From Rhizobium phage RL38J1: a stretch of 24,000 nucleotides of DNA. Made by a program: the position numbers and the translations under genes. The notes under the pieces are model-generated. The model saw only the letters and a program-made list of their open reading frames with translations, was not told where the DNA came from and did no database searches. Below, piece by piece: positions 15,174 to 23,528 of this stretch. Location of the stretch: the sequence record MN549360.1; one strand, given 5' to 3'. How positions within the stretch are numbered: position 1 is the stretch's first letter; every line of letters starts with the position of its first letter.

Positions 15174-15584
15174 TCACTCACCGTTCCACATGATAGCGAT
15201 ATCTTTTGGAGTCTTTCCGTCTCGCTTGCAGTCCTTGAGGACCCACTGGCATAGTCTGTAGACGAATTGCGAGTTTGGTTCGTCCTGTGGATGATACTGA
15301 TCGTGGTTCGATTGGCGATGACGATCGAGATATCCGTCTTCGAATAGATCCTTGAGAATGCGACGAAGATTGATCGACGAACGAACATGGTTCGGATCAG
15401 GCTTACGAGGAGGAAACAGATCCTGGAATGCAGCGACGAAGTCGAGATCGTCGTCATACGTCGTGCATCCACTCAGAGAGATAGTCGAATAGTCTCCTGT
15501 GGTGTACGTCCCTGCGCTTCGAGACAGGAAGTAGTCGAAGACGAACTCCGCTTGCTTGGTGCGCTTCGATTTGATTTCTGTCAC
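15174..15584 (-). CDS. Hypothetical protein (136 aa)
   Basis: Intact ORF overlapping the upstream gene. Confidence 0.8.
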   Translation of the reverse strand: MTEIKSKRTKQAEFVFDYFLSRSAGTYTTGDYSTISLSGCTTYDDDLDFVAAFQDLFPPRKPDPNHVRSSINLRRILKDLFEDGYLDRHRQSNHDQYHPQDEPNSQFVYRLCQWVLKDCKRDGKTPKDIAIMWNGE

Positions 15585-16294
15585 TGTTCGATCCTTTTCA
15601 GATGCGTGATGCGTGTGGACTTGATGTCGTCTCGGATGTCGTGACGCTTGATCCGAGCTCTGAACTTGAAGGTCTCTCCTGCTTCACCGACATTTCTGCC
15701 GGTGTGCGTGAGGATGTCTTCTCCGACGATGATCTTCGTAAACCACCATGGAGAGTAGTCTGCATCTTTCAGAACGGATGCCACGATGATACCTTCAAAA
15801 TCGAGTCTCTGCTTCTCGATACCGATGTGGTTCGATTTGAGATCTCGTTCTCGACGTTCAGCTCTCTTCTGATCTCGGATCTCGAAGAGGTTTCGATCCA
15901 TTGCTATACCGGTCGCTATCGAAGCGAGGGTCTGCATCACGGCATCGGGATCAGGGTTCTTGAGTTGGTCAGACAGCCACATGATGTAGCCGTCTGGAAG
16001 TTCAGCGATCTTCTGACCTCTGTTCTTGCCGAATGGCATCGTTCCGGCTTCGATCGTCTCGATTTGAACAGTCTTGTGTGCAGAGAGACGTCCACGTCGC
16101 TTGATGATCTCGTCGACTTCAGGTCCGAGGTAGTTGACCTTGGTATATTCGTCTTCGACGCGAGACTTGAACTCTTCGACTCGAAGCATCGCTTTGCGTT
16201 CTGCTTCTTCGAGGTTCGTGGAGAGGTTCTTGATGTAGCGATCGATGTAGTTCGGATTGCCTTCTGTAAAGCGAGACATCCGAAGAGTGAACAT
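15581..16294 (-). CDS. Protein with a DUF3820-like segment (237 aa)
   Basis: 'MPFGKNRGQKIAELPDGYIMWLSDQLKNPDP' resembles the GKxxGxxIxxLPxxYxxWL box; SD GGAGG upstream of MFTLRMSRF. Confidence 0.65.
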   Translation of the reverse strand: MFTLRMSRFTEGNPNYIDRYIKNLSTNLEEAERKAMLRVEEFKSRVEDEYTKVNYLGPEVDEIIKRRGRLSAHKTVQIETIEAGTMPFGKNRGQKIAELPDGYIMWLSDQLKNPDPDAVMQTLASIATGIAMDRNLFEIRDQKRAERRERDLKSNHIGIEKQRLDFEGIIVASVLKDADYSPWWFTKIIVGEDILTHTGRNVGEAGETFKFRARIKRHDIRDDIKSTRITHLKRIEQ

Positions 16295-16347
16295 TGCGTT
16301 TCCACCTCCGGAGGAGATGTAGAAGCTGATGTGCGTGACCGGCTGTG

Positions 16348-16566
16348 TCATTTCGATGCCTCTTCAAAGTGCGAGAGCTTGTTACTTTCGTTTTCGAGAG
16401 TGTAGTTCGCTTCGAATTTCTTCTTCGTCATGGACCACGAAGAACCGAACCAGAACTTGTCGCGGAAATTCCATGCACGGACGATGTAGTGAGTCGAGTT
16501 AGAGTCTTCGACCCGGAGACGATCTTTAGAAAGTTTCGAGGAGTCCAGTTTGCGGTAGGTGATCAT
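16348..16566 (-). CDS. Hypothetical protein (72 aa)
   Basis: Intact ORF, SD GAGGAG upstream. Confidence 0.75.
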   Translation of the reverse strand: MITYRKLDSSKLSKDRLRVEDSNSTHYIVRAWNFRDKFWFGSSWSMTKKKFEANYTLENESNKLSHFEEASK

Positions 16567-16576
16567 TTCGTTCTCC

Positions 16577-16825
16577 TCACTTCATACCGAGATCGGATGG
16601 AACACGATCATTCAAGCAAACGAACGTACCGAAGATCGGAACGAGGTTCTTGAAGTCGTTGTGGTCAGCGAGTTTAGTGGAATAGTGATCGACTGCAACA
16701 TCTTTAGGATCGACATAGAAGTTGCGATCGTAGTAAACCGAGAAGGTCATCATCTCAGTTTCACCTTGGAGATCGGTCTTCTTTTTGAAACCGAGTTTGA
16801 AGGTCATGATGTTGGTGATTGGCAT
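16577..16825 (-). CDS. Hypothetical protein (82 aa)
   Basis: Intact ORF; leader CACGGAGACTTCAAG-ATG. Confidence 0.8.
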   Translation of the reverse strand: MPITNIMTFKLGFKKKTDLQGETEMMTFSVYYDRNFYVDPKDVAVDHYSTKLADHNDFKNLVPIFGTFVCLNDRVPSDLGMK

Positions 16826-16834
16826 CTTGAAGTC

Positions 16835-16886
16835 TCCGTGGTTTTGTTTATGAAACGATACTATTCCAAAACCACGGAAACGTAAA
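16835..16886 (-). promoter_or_regulatory. Putative promoter TTTACG-17-TAGTAT with an SD-covering inverted repeat
   Basis: -35 16881-16886, -10 16858-16863; perfect 12-bp inverted repeat 16835-16846/16867-16878. Confidence 0.75.
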
Positions 16887-16903
16887 CAAGAAAGTTTGGA
16901 CGC

Positions 16904-16918
16904 GAGGAATTATTCCTC
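16904..16918 (-). terminator. Compact hairpin at a stop codon, possible terminator
   Basis: GAGGAA-TAA-TTCCTC; the loop is the stop codon of 16910..17131. Confidence 0.4.
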
Positions 16919-17131
16919 TACGCACACGAACGGATGGTTGTATGCAGGAGCTCTTTTGACGATCATCGGCTTCGTCTTGTCGAGATCTTCTTCGGTCGGA
17001 AGTCCGATGCAACGAGTATTCTTGTCCGTCATGAATGCCCATCCGCTAGACGTTGGGCGATATTCGTAGCCGCACTCTGGGCAACGAAGGAGAGGAAATG
17101 TCTTCTCTGGTTTCTTAATTCTCTGTTTCAT
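16910..17131 (-). CDS. Small Cys-rich (zinc-binding?) protein (73 aa)
   Basis: LLRCPECGYEYRP...CIGL...VCVEE. Confidence 0.75.
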   Translation of the reverse strand: MKQRIKKPEKTFPLLRCPECGYEYRPTSSGWAFMTDKNTRCIGLPTEEDLDKTKPMIVKRAPAYNHPFVCVEE

Positions 17132-17132
17132 C

Positions 17133-17330
17133 TTATTCCTCGTTCATCTTAGCAAGAACAGCTTCGAGAGCAGGAGACATCTTACCGGACTTCAGGATGC
17201 CTTGACGGTTGATTGCCATCATGTGCTGTTCGAATTTGATGATGAAGAGCGGAGCACCGAGTGCTCTAAGACGCTTGAGAGTTTGAAGTCTTTCGACGGA
17301 TTTTCTTCTGGCTCTGAGTTTGGAATGCAT
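17133..17330 (-). CDS. Hypothetical basic protein (65 aa, MHSKLRARRKSVERL...)
   Basis: Start preceded by CACGGAGACCTCAAA. Confidence 0.75.
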   Translation of the reverse strand: MHSKLRARRKSVERLQTLKRLRALGAPLFIIKFEQHMMAINRQGILKSGKMSPALEAVLAKMNEE

Positions 17331-17339
17331 TTTGAGGTC

Positions 17340-17390
17340 TCCGTGATTTCTTATTAGAATCAATCTAATTCAAAACCACGGAAACGTAAA
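17340..17390 (-). promoter_or_regulatory. Putative promoter TTTACG-17-TAGATT with an SD-covering inverted repeat
   Basis: -35 17385-17390, -10 17362-17367; inverted arms 17340-17349/17373-17382 with one G.U. Confidence 0.7.
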
Positions 17391-17400
17391 CAAGAAAGTT

Positions 17401-17799
17401 TCAGTCCGGTGGATGGTTCGCGTAGTACGGAATTTCGAAGACGTCGAAGCCTCGTTCGGAGATCTTGATCGCTTCGTCAAGCATAGACAGTGTGCTCTCC
17501 TTTGTCGTATCCGGATGATCGTCAAAATCGAACAGATACATCGGGCGACTCGTAACGTTCTGGATTGCCTGCATGATGATCTCTTGGATGCAGATGAACA
17601 TAGCCACTGTGACACGACGCCTGTGAGCAGCTCGATAGAATGCACCTTGCATCGTGAACGAGCATGCCTGACGATCGAGCCAGTCGAAGCCGTGTCCGTC
17701 CTTGTTCCGAGCGAGATTGCCGCCTTGATGCCAACCTTTGGTGACGAACTCCTTGATCTTCTCGATGACTTCCTTCGGAATGTTCGGTTCGTCTGTCAT
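17401..17799 (-). CDS. DUF6197-like protein (132 aa)
   Basis: 'GWHQGGNLARNKDG...ACSFTMQGAFYRA...DFDDHPDTTKESTLSMLDEAI' resembles the family layout W.qGa.ar...G...C..GA..rA...ND.p.rtkeevl..fd.Ai. Confidence 0.55.
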   Translation of the reverse strand: MTDEPNIPKEVIEKIKEFVTKGWHQGGNLARNKDGHGFDWLDRQACSFTMQGAFYRAAHRRRVTVAMFICIQEIIMQAIQNVTSRPMYLFDFDDHPDTTKESTLSMLDEAIKISERGFDVFEIPYYANHPPD

Positions 17800-17800
17800 C

Positions 17801-17980
17801 TCAACCTCCGAAGTACATGAAGCAGAAATGAGTCAGAAGCGTCGCGATCAAGACGACTCCGAGACCCAACGCTCCTGCTGATGATGCACCTGGGCGACCG
17901 TCGTAGACGCACTGCTCGATAAAGACTGGAACAATGAAGATCAGAAAAACGAAGATGAGTGCGAGCCAATCAGGCATCAT
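17801..17980 (-). CDS. Small membrane protein, 59 aa (MMPDWLALIFVFLIFIVPVFIEQCVYDGRPGASSAGALGLGVVLIATLLTHFCFMYFGG)
   Basis: Manual translation; two hydrophobic segments; below the ORF-track cutoff. Confidence 0.8.
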   Translation of the reverse strand: MMPDWLALIFVFLIFIVPVFIEQCVYDGRPGASSAGALGLGVVLIATLLTHFCFMYFGG

Positions 17981-18288
17981 AGGAAGTCTCCGTAGACGAG
18001 TTTGTGTTCACCAGTTTCCGTGCTCTTGCAGTAGAGCTTCTGGCGTTTGCCTTTCGTTCCATTCTCGAAGAATGAGAAGCGACAAGACCATCCGCTTGGA
18101 TCGAGAGACTCGTCCACTTTCTTCTCGTTCTCGACGTGTCGATAGCATGTGAACTTCTGAACTCCGAGGTCAGTGCCTTGATCTGTGCACTGAAGTTCAA
18201 CGGACGGACGCGACGACGGCGGTGAGCTGTGTGGCATCAAGAGAAAGATCGACGACACAGCAGCCATTGATGACGCGAGTAAGGTCAA
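17977..18288 (-). CDS. Putative exported protein (up to 103 aa, TTG start)
   Basis: Hydrophobic N-terminus MTLLASSMAAVSSIFLL; the start codon at 18288 is TTG and the true start is uncertain. Confidence 0.65.
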   Translation of the reverse strand: MTLLASSMAAVSSIFLLMPHSSPPSSRPSVELQCTDQGTDLGVQKFTCYRHVENEKKVDESLDPSGWSCRFSFFENGTKGKRQKLYCKSTETGEHKLVYGDFL

Positions 18289-18569
18289 ATCAGATCTACC
18301 TCAACTTCGTCGAAGGACTCGTTGACGATTAGAGCGTCGAACTCTTCTCCGAGATCTCCGTAGCCTTCGAGGAACTTGTCACAATTCCACCAGTTCTCAC
18401 GAGCTGCATGAGAAGCGATGTTCTTCAGATGGTCGATCGGATCGTCGCCGATGTAAGTGATCATCTCGTGGTACTCGGCGATCGCTTCAGGAGTGATCTT
18501 GTCGAGGTCTATTTCGATCTCGATCTCCTTGGTGACAGTGGTGACGAATTTGAATTTCTGCTTTGTCAT
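18285..18569 (-). CDS. Hypothetical acidic protein (94 aa)
   Basis: Intact ORF with 4-nt overlaps. Confidence 0.8.
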   Translation of the reverse strand: MTKQKFKFVTTVTKEIEIEIDLDKITPEAIAEYHEMITYIGDDPIDHLKNIASHAARENWWNCDKFLEGYGDLGEEFDALIVNESFDEVEVDLI

Positions 18570-18952
18570 AGAGATCTCCAGTTGATGTCAGGGAAGAAGG
18601 TATCTGCCGGACCGTCGTAATCGATCCGAGAGATGTAGAAGCGATCGATGTACGGCATCCATCTCGCGTAGGTCTTGGCACCTCCGATGATAAAAGCACC
18701 ATCATGAACTCGCTGTTCTGCGAGGCTCCGAAGAAAATCCGGAGTGATTGCTTTGTCGTCGAGGATCAGAACACGTCCGTACGTTCTGTCGAGATGCTTG
18801 ACTGTCTGATACGTTCGATATCCAGCAATCATCAGACTGTCCATAGTCATTGACTTGAACCACCTGAGATCGTCAGAGGACTGCCAAGGCAATCCTCCGT
18901 TGAGTCCGATCTGACCGCTCTTGCCAATGGCAGCGATGAGGTTGATCTTCAC
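18566..18952 (-). CDS. folA: Dihydrofolate reductase (compact, 128 aa)
   Basis: [23 protein letters not shown]...SSDDLRWFK...MIAGYRTYQ...[10 protein letters not shown]...[18 protein letters not shown]. Confidence 0.9.
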   Translation of the reverse strand: MKINLIAAIGKSGQIGLNGGLPWQSSDDLRWFKSMTMDSLMIAGYRTYQTVKHLDRTYGRVLILDDKAITPDFLRSLAEQRVHDGAFIIGGAKTYARWMPYIDRFYISRIDYDGPADTFFPDINWRSL

Positions 18953-19836
18953 TTGGATACCGGTGCCTTGATGGTGGACATCGGATTATAGCCGACTAAT
19001 TCGAAGTCGTCGAGCGTGAGATCAAACATCGACTTGTCGGAATTGATCTTCATGGTAGGCTCTTTCAGTTCATCGTATGCGTTATCGAGACGATCGATCT
19101 GTTGTTTCGCCTGTTCCATGTGATTGTCGTACAGATGCGAGTTGCCGAAGGTGTGGACGAAGTCGCCGAGTCCGAGGCCGCATTCACGAGCGATGAGCTG
19201 TGTGAGCAGTGCGTACGAAGCGATGTTGAACGGAACGCCGAGGAACCAGTCTGCCGAACGCTGGTACAGCTGACATGACAGACGCTTCTTCGAGTCGACA
19301 TGGAATTGGAACATCATGTGACACGGAGGAAGTGCCATGTCATCAACTTCAGCAGGGTTCCATGCGGTGACGATGTGTCGACGGGAGAAAGGAGATTCCT
19401 TGAGATCCTTGATCACACGACGGATTTGGTCGAACACCACGATCTTTGGTTCGACGTCTTCCGAATCCTTGTCACAGAAGCCGGTAGCAAAGTTCGGAGA
19501 AGGAACCCATTTCGTGTGTTCCCAGGACATCCACTGCTTGCCGTAGACAGGACCAAGGTCTCCGTTGGCATCTGCCCACTCGTCCCAGATCTTGACGCCG
19601 TAATCATGGAGATACTTGATGTTCGTATCGCCGCGCAAGAACCAGAGAAGTTCGACGATGATCGCCTTCATGAAGAGTTTCTTCGTCGAGAGAAGCGGAA
19701 AGCCTTGTTCCAGGTTGAAACGCATCTGGTGTCCGAAGATCGACTTGGTGTAGCCGTTCCGTCCTTCGATCTTGTCTCCGTGATTGAAGATGTCGTCCAT
19801 GTGATGAAGATAAGTGATGTCGACTTGACTGGTCAT
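18949..19836 (-). CDS. thyA: Thymidylate synthase (295 aa)
   Basis: [81 protein letters not shown]. Confidence 0.98.
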   Translation of the reverse strand: MTSQVDITYLHHMDDIFNHGDKIEGRNGYTKSIFGHQMRFNLEQGFPLLSTKKLFMKAIIVELLWFLRGDTNIKYLHDYGVKIWDEWADANGDLGPVYGKQWMSWEHTKWVPSPNFATGFCDKDSEDVEPKIVVFDQIRRVIKDLKESPFSRRHIVTAWNPAEVDDMALPPCHMMFQFHVDSKKRLSCQLYQRSADWFLGVPFNIASYALLTQLIARECGLGLGDFVHTFGNSHLYDNHMEQAKQQIDRLDNAYDELKEPTMKINSDKSMFDLTLDDFELVGYNPMSTIKAPVSK

Positions 19837-20426
19837 GCGGAAATGGTCCTTTTGCTGTTGAGAAGTCGTTGCTTAACACGGTATGCAATAGTCTTGGTCA
19901 CACCATATTCTGGATCTGTCTGAACGTGAAACTGTTTTTGATGATCGAAGAAATCTCCGTCATCGTCGAGGATGCACATCGTGATCGTTTGGCCACGAAA
20001 GTACTTGAAGAGAAAGTCTTCGATCTCGAGTCCTCGATAGCCGTGACTGAAGCTGTTCGTCGATCCGATGATCTTGTGTGCGTGCCATCCGAGGACCGAT
20101 TCGATACACTTCATCAGAAGTGGATCTTTTCTCCACGTGGACGAGATGACGACCTTAGCGTCAGGAACTTCGTTGAGTACGTTGATCAGACGATTGACGC
20201 ACGCTACGTCGAACGAACCGATGAAGTAGTCCTCCGGCTTGTCAGAGTTCACAGCATCTCGGTTCGGATTGACCCACGTCTCGTTGTTGAGAACGCCGTC
20301 GATGTCGAGGAAGAGAAGTCTCGGTTCGACGATCTTGTGAGCAAGACCGTGAGCAAACAGATCGTCGAGCTGCTCGTACGGCATGATCTGCTCGAGCTGC
20401 TCGAGTGGAATGCGGACGTCTGTCAT
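19833..20426 (-). CDS. HAD-like phosphatase/hydrolase (197 aa)
   Basis: [34 protein letters not shown]. Confidence 0.85.
   Translation of the reverse strand: MTDVRIPLEQLEQIMPYEQLDDLFAHGLAHKIVEPRLLFLDIDGVLNNETWVNPNRDAVNSDKPEDYFIGSFDVACVNRLINVLNEVPDAKVVISSTWRKDPLLMKCIESVLGWHAHKIIGSTNSFSHGYRGLEIEDFLFKYFRGQTITMCILDDDGDFFDHQKQFHVQTDPEYGVTKTIAYRVKQRLLNSKRTISA
19902..19931 (-). promoter_or_regulatory. Putative internal promoter TTTCAC-18-TATGGT
   Basis: -35 19926-19931, -10 19902-19907, inside the HAD gene 3' end upstream of thyA. Confidence 0.45.
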
Positions 20427-20815
20427 TCACTGAATTCCTTGCTGAGTGCTTCTTCCGTCGCGTCTTCGATCTTGTCTTGGAGTTCTCCGAGGATGCGTTG
20501 AGCCGATTGCGTAATTCGTTCGATGAGCTCTGGATCGAAAGCAGAGACCTCGCGGACGCTGTTCGGATACATCGAACCCCATTCTGAATTGAGTCTCATC
20601 TTCGCGATGATTCTTTCTCCATCAGTCTTCGCTTCACGAATTTCTCCGTAGACTCGTTCAGCGAACTCTCGTCGAAAATCTTTCGTTCCAGCAAGCTTGC
20701 CGTAATCCCAGTTGATGTTTGGATACAGATCGATCATCGTGAGATCGAGATGCTCGACAGGATTGACCGGAACCAGAGAGTTCTCGATCGTGCGTTCTTG
20801 AATGATTGACATCAT
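20423..20815 (-). CDS. Hypothetical protein (130 aa)
   Basis: Intact ORF with 4-nt overlaps. Confidence 0.8.
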   Translation of the reverse strand: MMSIIQERTIENSLVPVNPVEHLDLTMIDLYPNINWDYGKLAGTKDFRREFAERVYGEIREAKTDGERIIAKMRLNSEWGSMYPNSVREVSAFDPELIERITQSAQRILGELQDKIEDATEEALSKEFSE

Positions 20816-21138
20816 ACCTCCGATGCGTGTTCACTGAATTCGATGACGACCTTGAAGCCTTTCAGTCGTGCGACATTCGCGAGAAGAGTCGATGCAGTCT
20901 TGTCGAAGTAGGTATGGATTGCAACCTTCTCCTCCTTGCTGTTCTCGATGATGTCCTTGCACTGATTAAATGGAATCTTTCGTGCGTCGATGTAGAGATA
21001 GCTCGTGCTCTTCGCGAGAAACTCGCCGATGTTCGATTCACGAGGCAGATACCAGAAGGTCCTCGGATCGATTTTCGCACGCTTCTCAGATGTCTCGACG
21101 AGCTTCCTGTAGAAGTCCCAGTATTCGAACATTACCAA
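20812..21138 (-). CDS. Hypothetical protein (108 aa)
   Basis: Intact ORF with short overlaps. Confidence 0.8.
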   Translation of the reverse strand: MVMFEYWDFYRKLVETSEKRAKIDPRTFWYLPRESNIGEFLAKSTSYLYIDARKIPFNQCKDIIENSKEEKVAIHTYFDKTASTLLANVARLKGFKVVIEFSEHASEV

Positions 21139-21497
21139 AATCTGTATCCTTCGTGATCATCTTCTTCGATCTTAGCGATCGTCTGTGTTTCGGCGTCGTA
21201 TCGAGTTTCATCTTTGCTGAAGCCGAGAGTTTCGATTTCGACTGTGTTGGAGAAGCCTCGTTTCATGAGAAACTTGCCGATGCCATGGGTGAACGGTCGC
21301 ATATGTCTTCCGGATCCGCCGTAGGAACCAGTGACGACGATGACGTATCCTGTTGGAGAATCATATCGAGTTGGAGAATCATCCTCGCCTTCGATGTAGC
21401 AAGGACACGTGTCGTCGTCAGGAAGCGAGTCGACATATTCTTGGAGGAGATCTTTCCGGATCGACTCGTCAGTTCGAACGTAATTCGTATAGCCCAT
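21132..21497 (-). CDS. Hypothetical protein (121 aa)
   Basis: Intact ORF. Confidence 0.8.
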   Translation of the reverse strand: MGYTNYVRTDESIRKDLLQEYVDSLPDDDTCPCYIEGEDDSPTRYDSPTGYVIVVTGSYGGSGRHMRPFTHGIGKFLMKRGFSNTVEIETLGFSKDETRYDAETQTIAKIEEDDHEGYRFW

Positions 21498-21772
21498 CAG
21501 TTCCGCTTTCCAAACTCAGAAGCGAGGACGTAACGGACACAGACTCTGTCTTCTTTCGTGTAGACGCCGAGGAGAAAGATCTGATCTCTGACATCCTCGA
21601 AGAGGAGAGCGAACTCCGACTCGATCGTGCCGCTGTAGCTCTTGACGAGTCCGACACCGAGGTCTTCTCGATAGAGCATTGGAGCGAAGACTCGTTCGAC
21701 GATGAAGCCGTTGTCTTCGAGTTCTTTCTGGAGTTGGAGTGTGGCAGCTTCGTTGATTTCCATCATTTCCAT
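21497..21772 (-). CDS. Hypothetical protein (91 aa)
   Basis: Intact ORF; start may be one of the two N-terminal Met codons. Confidence 0.8.
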   Translation of the reverse strand: MEMMEINEAATLQLQKELEDNGFIVERVFAPMLYREDLGVGLVKSYSGTIESEFALLFEDVRDQIFLLGVYTKEDRVCVRYVLASEFGKRN

Positions 21773-21972
21773 CCGTGTGTTGCGATGAATTGAAAGTAGC
21801 GTGAGTCCTCGATCCTCAGAGACACGTTCTCAAGAAACCAGAGGTATGCTCTGTCTCCGATCTTGCTGAACACCCACTCGATGAAGAAGAGAGGTGATAA
21901 GATCAGAAGGACCTGCATGAGGAAGAAGAGCTCGATTGCATCTTCTGCTCTGTTCTTGAGAAACGTTTTCAT
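21763..21972 (-). CDS. Small membrane protein (69 aa)
   Basis: Hydrophobic segment LFFLMQVLLILSPLFFIEWVF. Confidence 0.8.
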   Translation of the reverse strand: MKTFLKNRAEDAIELFFLMQVLLILSPLFFIEWVFSKIGDRAYLWFLENVSLRIEDSRYFQFIATHGWK

Positions 21973-21973
21973 G

Positions 21974-23236
21974 TCATGCTCCGGTTGGGTTCATGTCGTC
22001 CTTGTCAAGACGGATCTTGGAGAGACGAGAGTGACGGAACACACCAGACTCGGTACGTTCCATAAACTTGACTTCACAGAGAGCGTTCTCGAATTCGTCC
22101 CAGTTGTCGTAGATGTACTGGCGTTCCTTATCAGACATACCAGATCCGACTCGAGAGATTGCACCTGTGTAGTCTTGGACGATCAGAGCTCCGACTCGTC
22201 CAACATGCTTGGTCTTCGGCTTGCCTTCTTCGTAACCAATGATGCGTGCTTCGATTGTTTCGAGAGGCTTCACTTTCATCCAGGAGTCGTCTCGACCGAA
22301 GTTGTATGTTCCGAAGCGCTTCTTGACGATGGCACCTTCGTTACCAGCAGCTCTGGAGTCTTCGTAGAATTTCTGAGCATCTTCCCAGGTCTCGACGAGA
22401 GTGTGATCTGCGATGAGATCGAAGAGGAAAGGATTGTTCGACCACATCGATTGGAGATCTGTGTATCGTTCGATGTACTGGACATCGTACTTCCGAGCGA
22501 TGAATGCGTCGTAAGGAATGGCATCGAAGACTCGGAGAGTGAGCTTGATGTTCGATCCAGATTTCGAAGCTCTGGAGATGCCAGAGGTCTTCTGGAATTT
22601 CGCAGGAGAGTCTGCTTCTGCATCATAGCACCAGCCTGGGTGCAGCTTCATGTTTTCTTCGATGCGTGGATCGATGTTGACGACAGGCTTGCCGTTGCGT
22701 GAGACGTAGGTCAGGTTGCCGTCATGATCAACCATAGCAACACATCGGATACCGTCGAATTTGATCTGAGCGAAGGAATTCGCTTCGAAAAGATCAGGAT
22801 CCCAGTTGGCACATTTCTGTACCTCGAAGGTGCGATAGGAGTCAGGGAATACGTCGAGGAAAGATCCGTGTTTGACACCAGGCTTCCAGTCCATGAAGCC
22901 GTCGAAGATGCCGTTGATGATCTTCGCTTGGAGTGTCGTGAGAGACTTGTCACGCTTCTTCAGATCACGACCTTTGCCTTCATAGAGAAGCTTGAAGATC
23001 GTGGACCAATCGATACCTTCACCACCACCGGCATCTTTCGAGAGTTTCGAGACACCGAAGTTCTGGAATGGATCGAGGTGGAAGACGAAGCACTTGAAGG
23101 TGTATTCGGAAATCTTCGCAAGTTCAATCTTCTTCGCATTGGTGCCTTTGGAGTCGGCGATTGCTTGAAGATCGGAGTTGATGATGTCTGATATGCGATT
23201 GATTTCAGAAACATTATCTGAAAAGATGTCTAGCAT
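21974..23236 (-). CDS. ATP-dependent DNA ligase (420 aa)
   Basis: Motif I IKFDGIRCVA, motif III-like WCYDAEADS, motif IV EGAIVKKRF, motif V DDSWMKVKP. Confidence 0.92.
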   Translation of the reverse strand: MLDIFSDNVSEINRISDIINSDLQAIADSKGTNAKKIELAKISEYTFKCFVFHLDPFQNFGVSKLSKDAGGGEGIDWSTIFKLLYEGKGRDLKKRDKSLTTLQAKIINGIFDGFMDWKPGVKHGSFLDVFPDSYRTFEVQKCANWDPDLFEANSFAQIKFDGIRCVAMVDHDGNLTYVSRNGKPVVNIDPRIEENMKLHPGWCYDAEADSPAKFQKTSGISRASKSGSNIKLTLRVFDAIPYDAFIARKYDVQYIERYTDLQSMWSNNPFLFDLIADHTLVETWEDAQKFYEDSRAAGNEGAIVKKRFGTYNFGRDDSWMKVKPLETIEARIIGYEEGKPKTKHVGRVGALIVQDYTGAISRVGSGMSDKERQYIYDNWDEFENALCEVKFMERTESGVFRHSRLSKIRLDKDDMNPTGA

Positions 23237-23294
23237 GATGCCTCCGTTGAGATTTGATTAAAGAAATCATATCACAACGAAAGCATCGTGTAAA
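23237..23294 (-). promoter_or_regulatory. Putative promoter TTTACA-17-TATGAT with a 13-bp SD-covering inverted repeat
   Basis: -35 23289-23294, -10 23266-23271; arms 23237-23249 and 23275-23287. Confidence 0.75.
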
Positions 23295-23309
23295 CAAGAA
23301 AGATGTACG

Positions 23310-23528
23310 TTAGGCTGGAGTCAGATCGTCATCGTCTCCGAACATTTCGTTCGACGCCTTGTAGAGAGCGTAAAGGACGATGACCATTGAGATGATGAAG
23401 CCAGCGAAGTAGAAGTATCGCTGACCCATGGTGAGATCTGCAGTCTCGCCTAGATTGTTGAACATGGCACCTGCGATGATGCCAAAGATGATAGTGAGGA
23501 AGTTAACCATGCCTTGTTGCCACGTCAT
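23310..23528 (-). CDS. Small membrane protein (72 aa)
   Basis: Two hydrophobic segments, acidic C-terminus. Confidence 0.8.
   Translation of the reverse strand: MTWQQGMVNFLTIIFGIIAGAMFNNLGETADLTMGQRYFYFAGFIISMVIVLYALYKASNEMFGDDDDLTPA

Noticed and set aside
19300-20501. Plus-strand ORFs opposite thyA and HAD
   Set aside because: The strong family motifs of ThyA and HAD proteins are on the minus strand.
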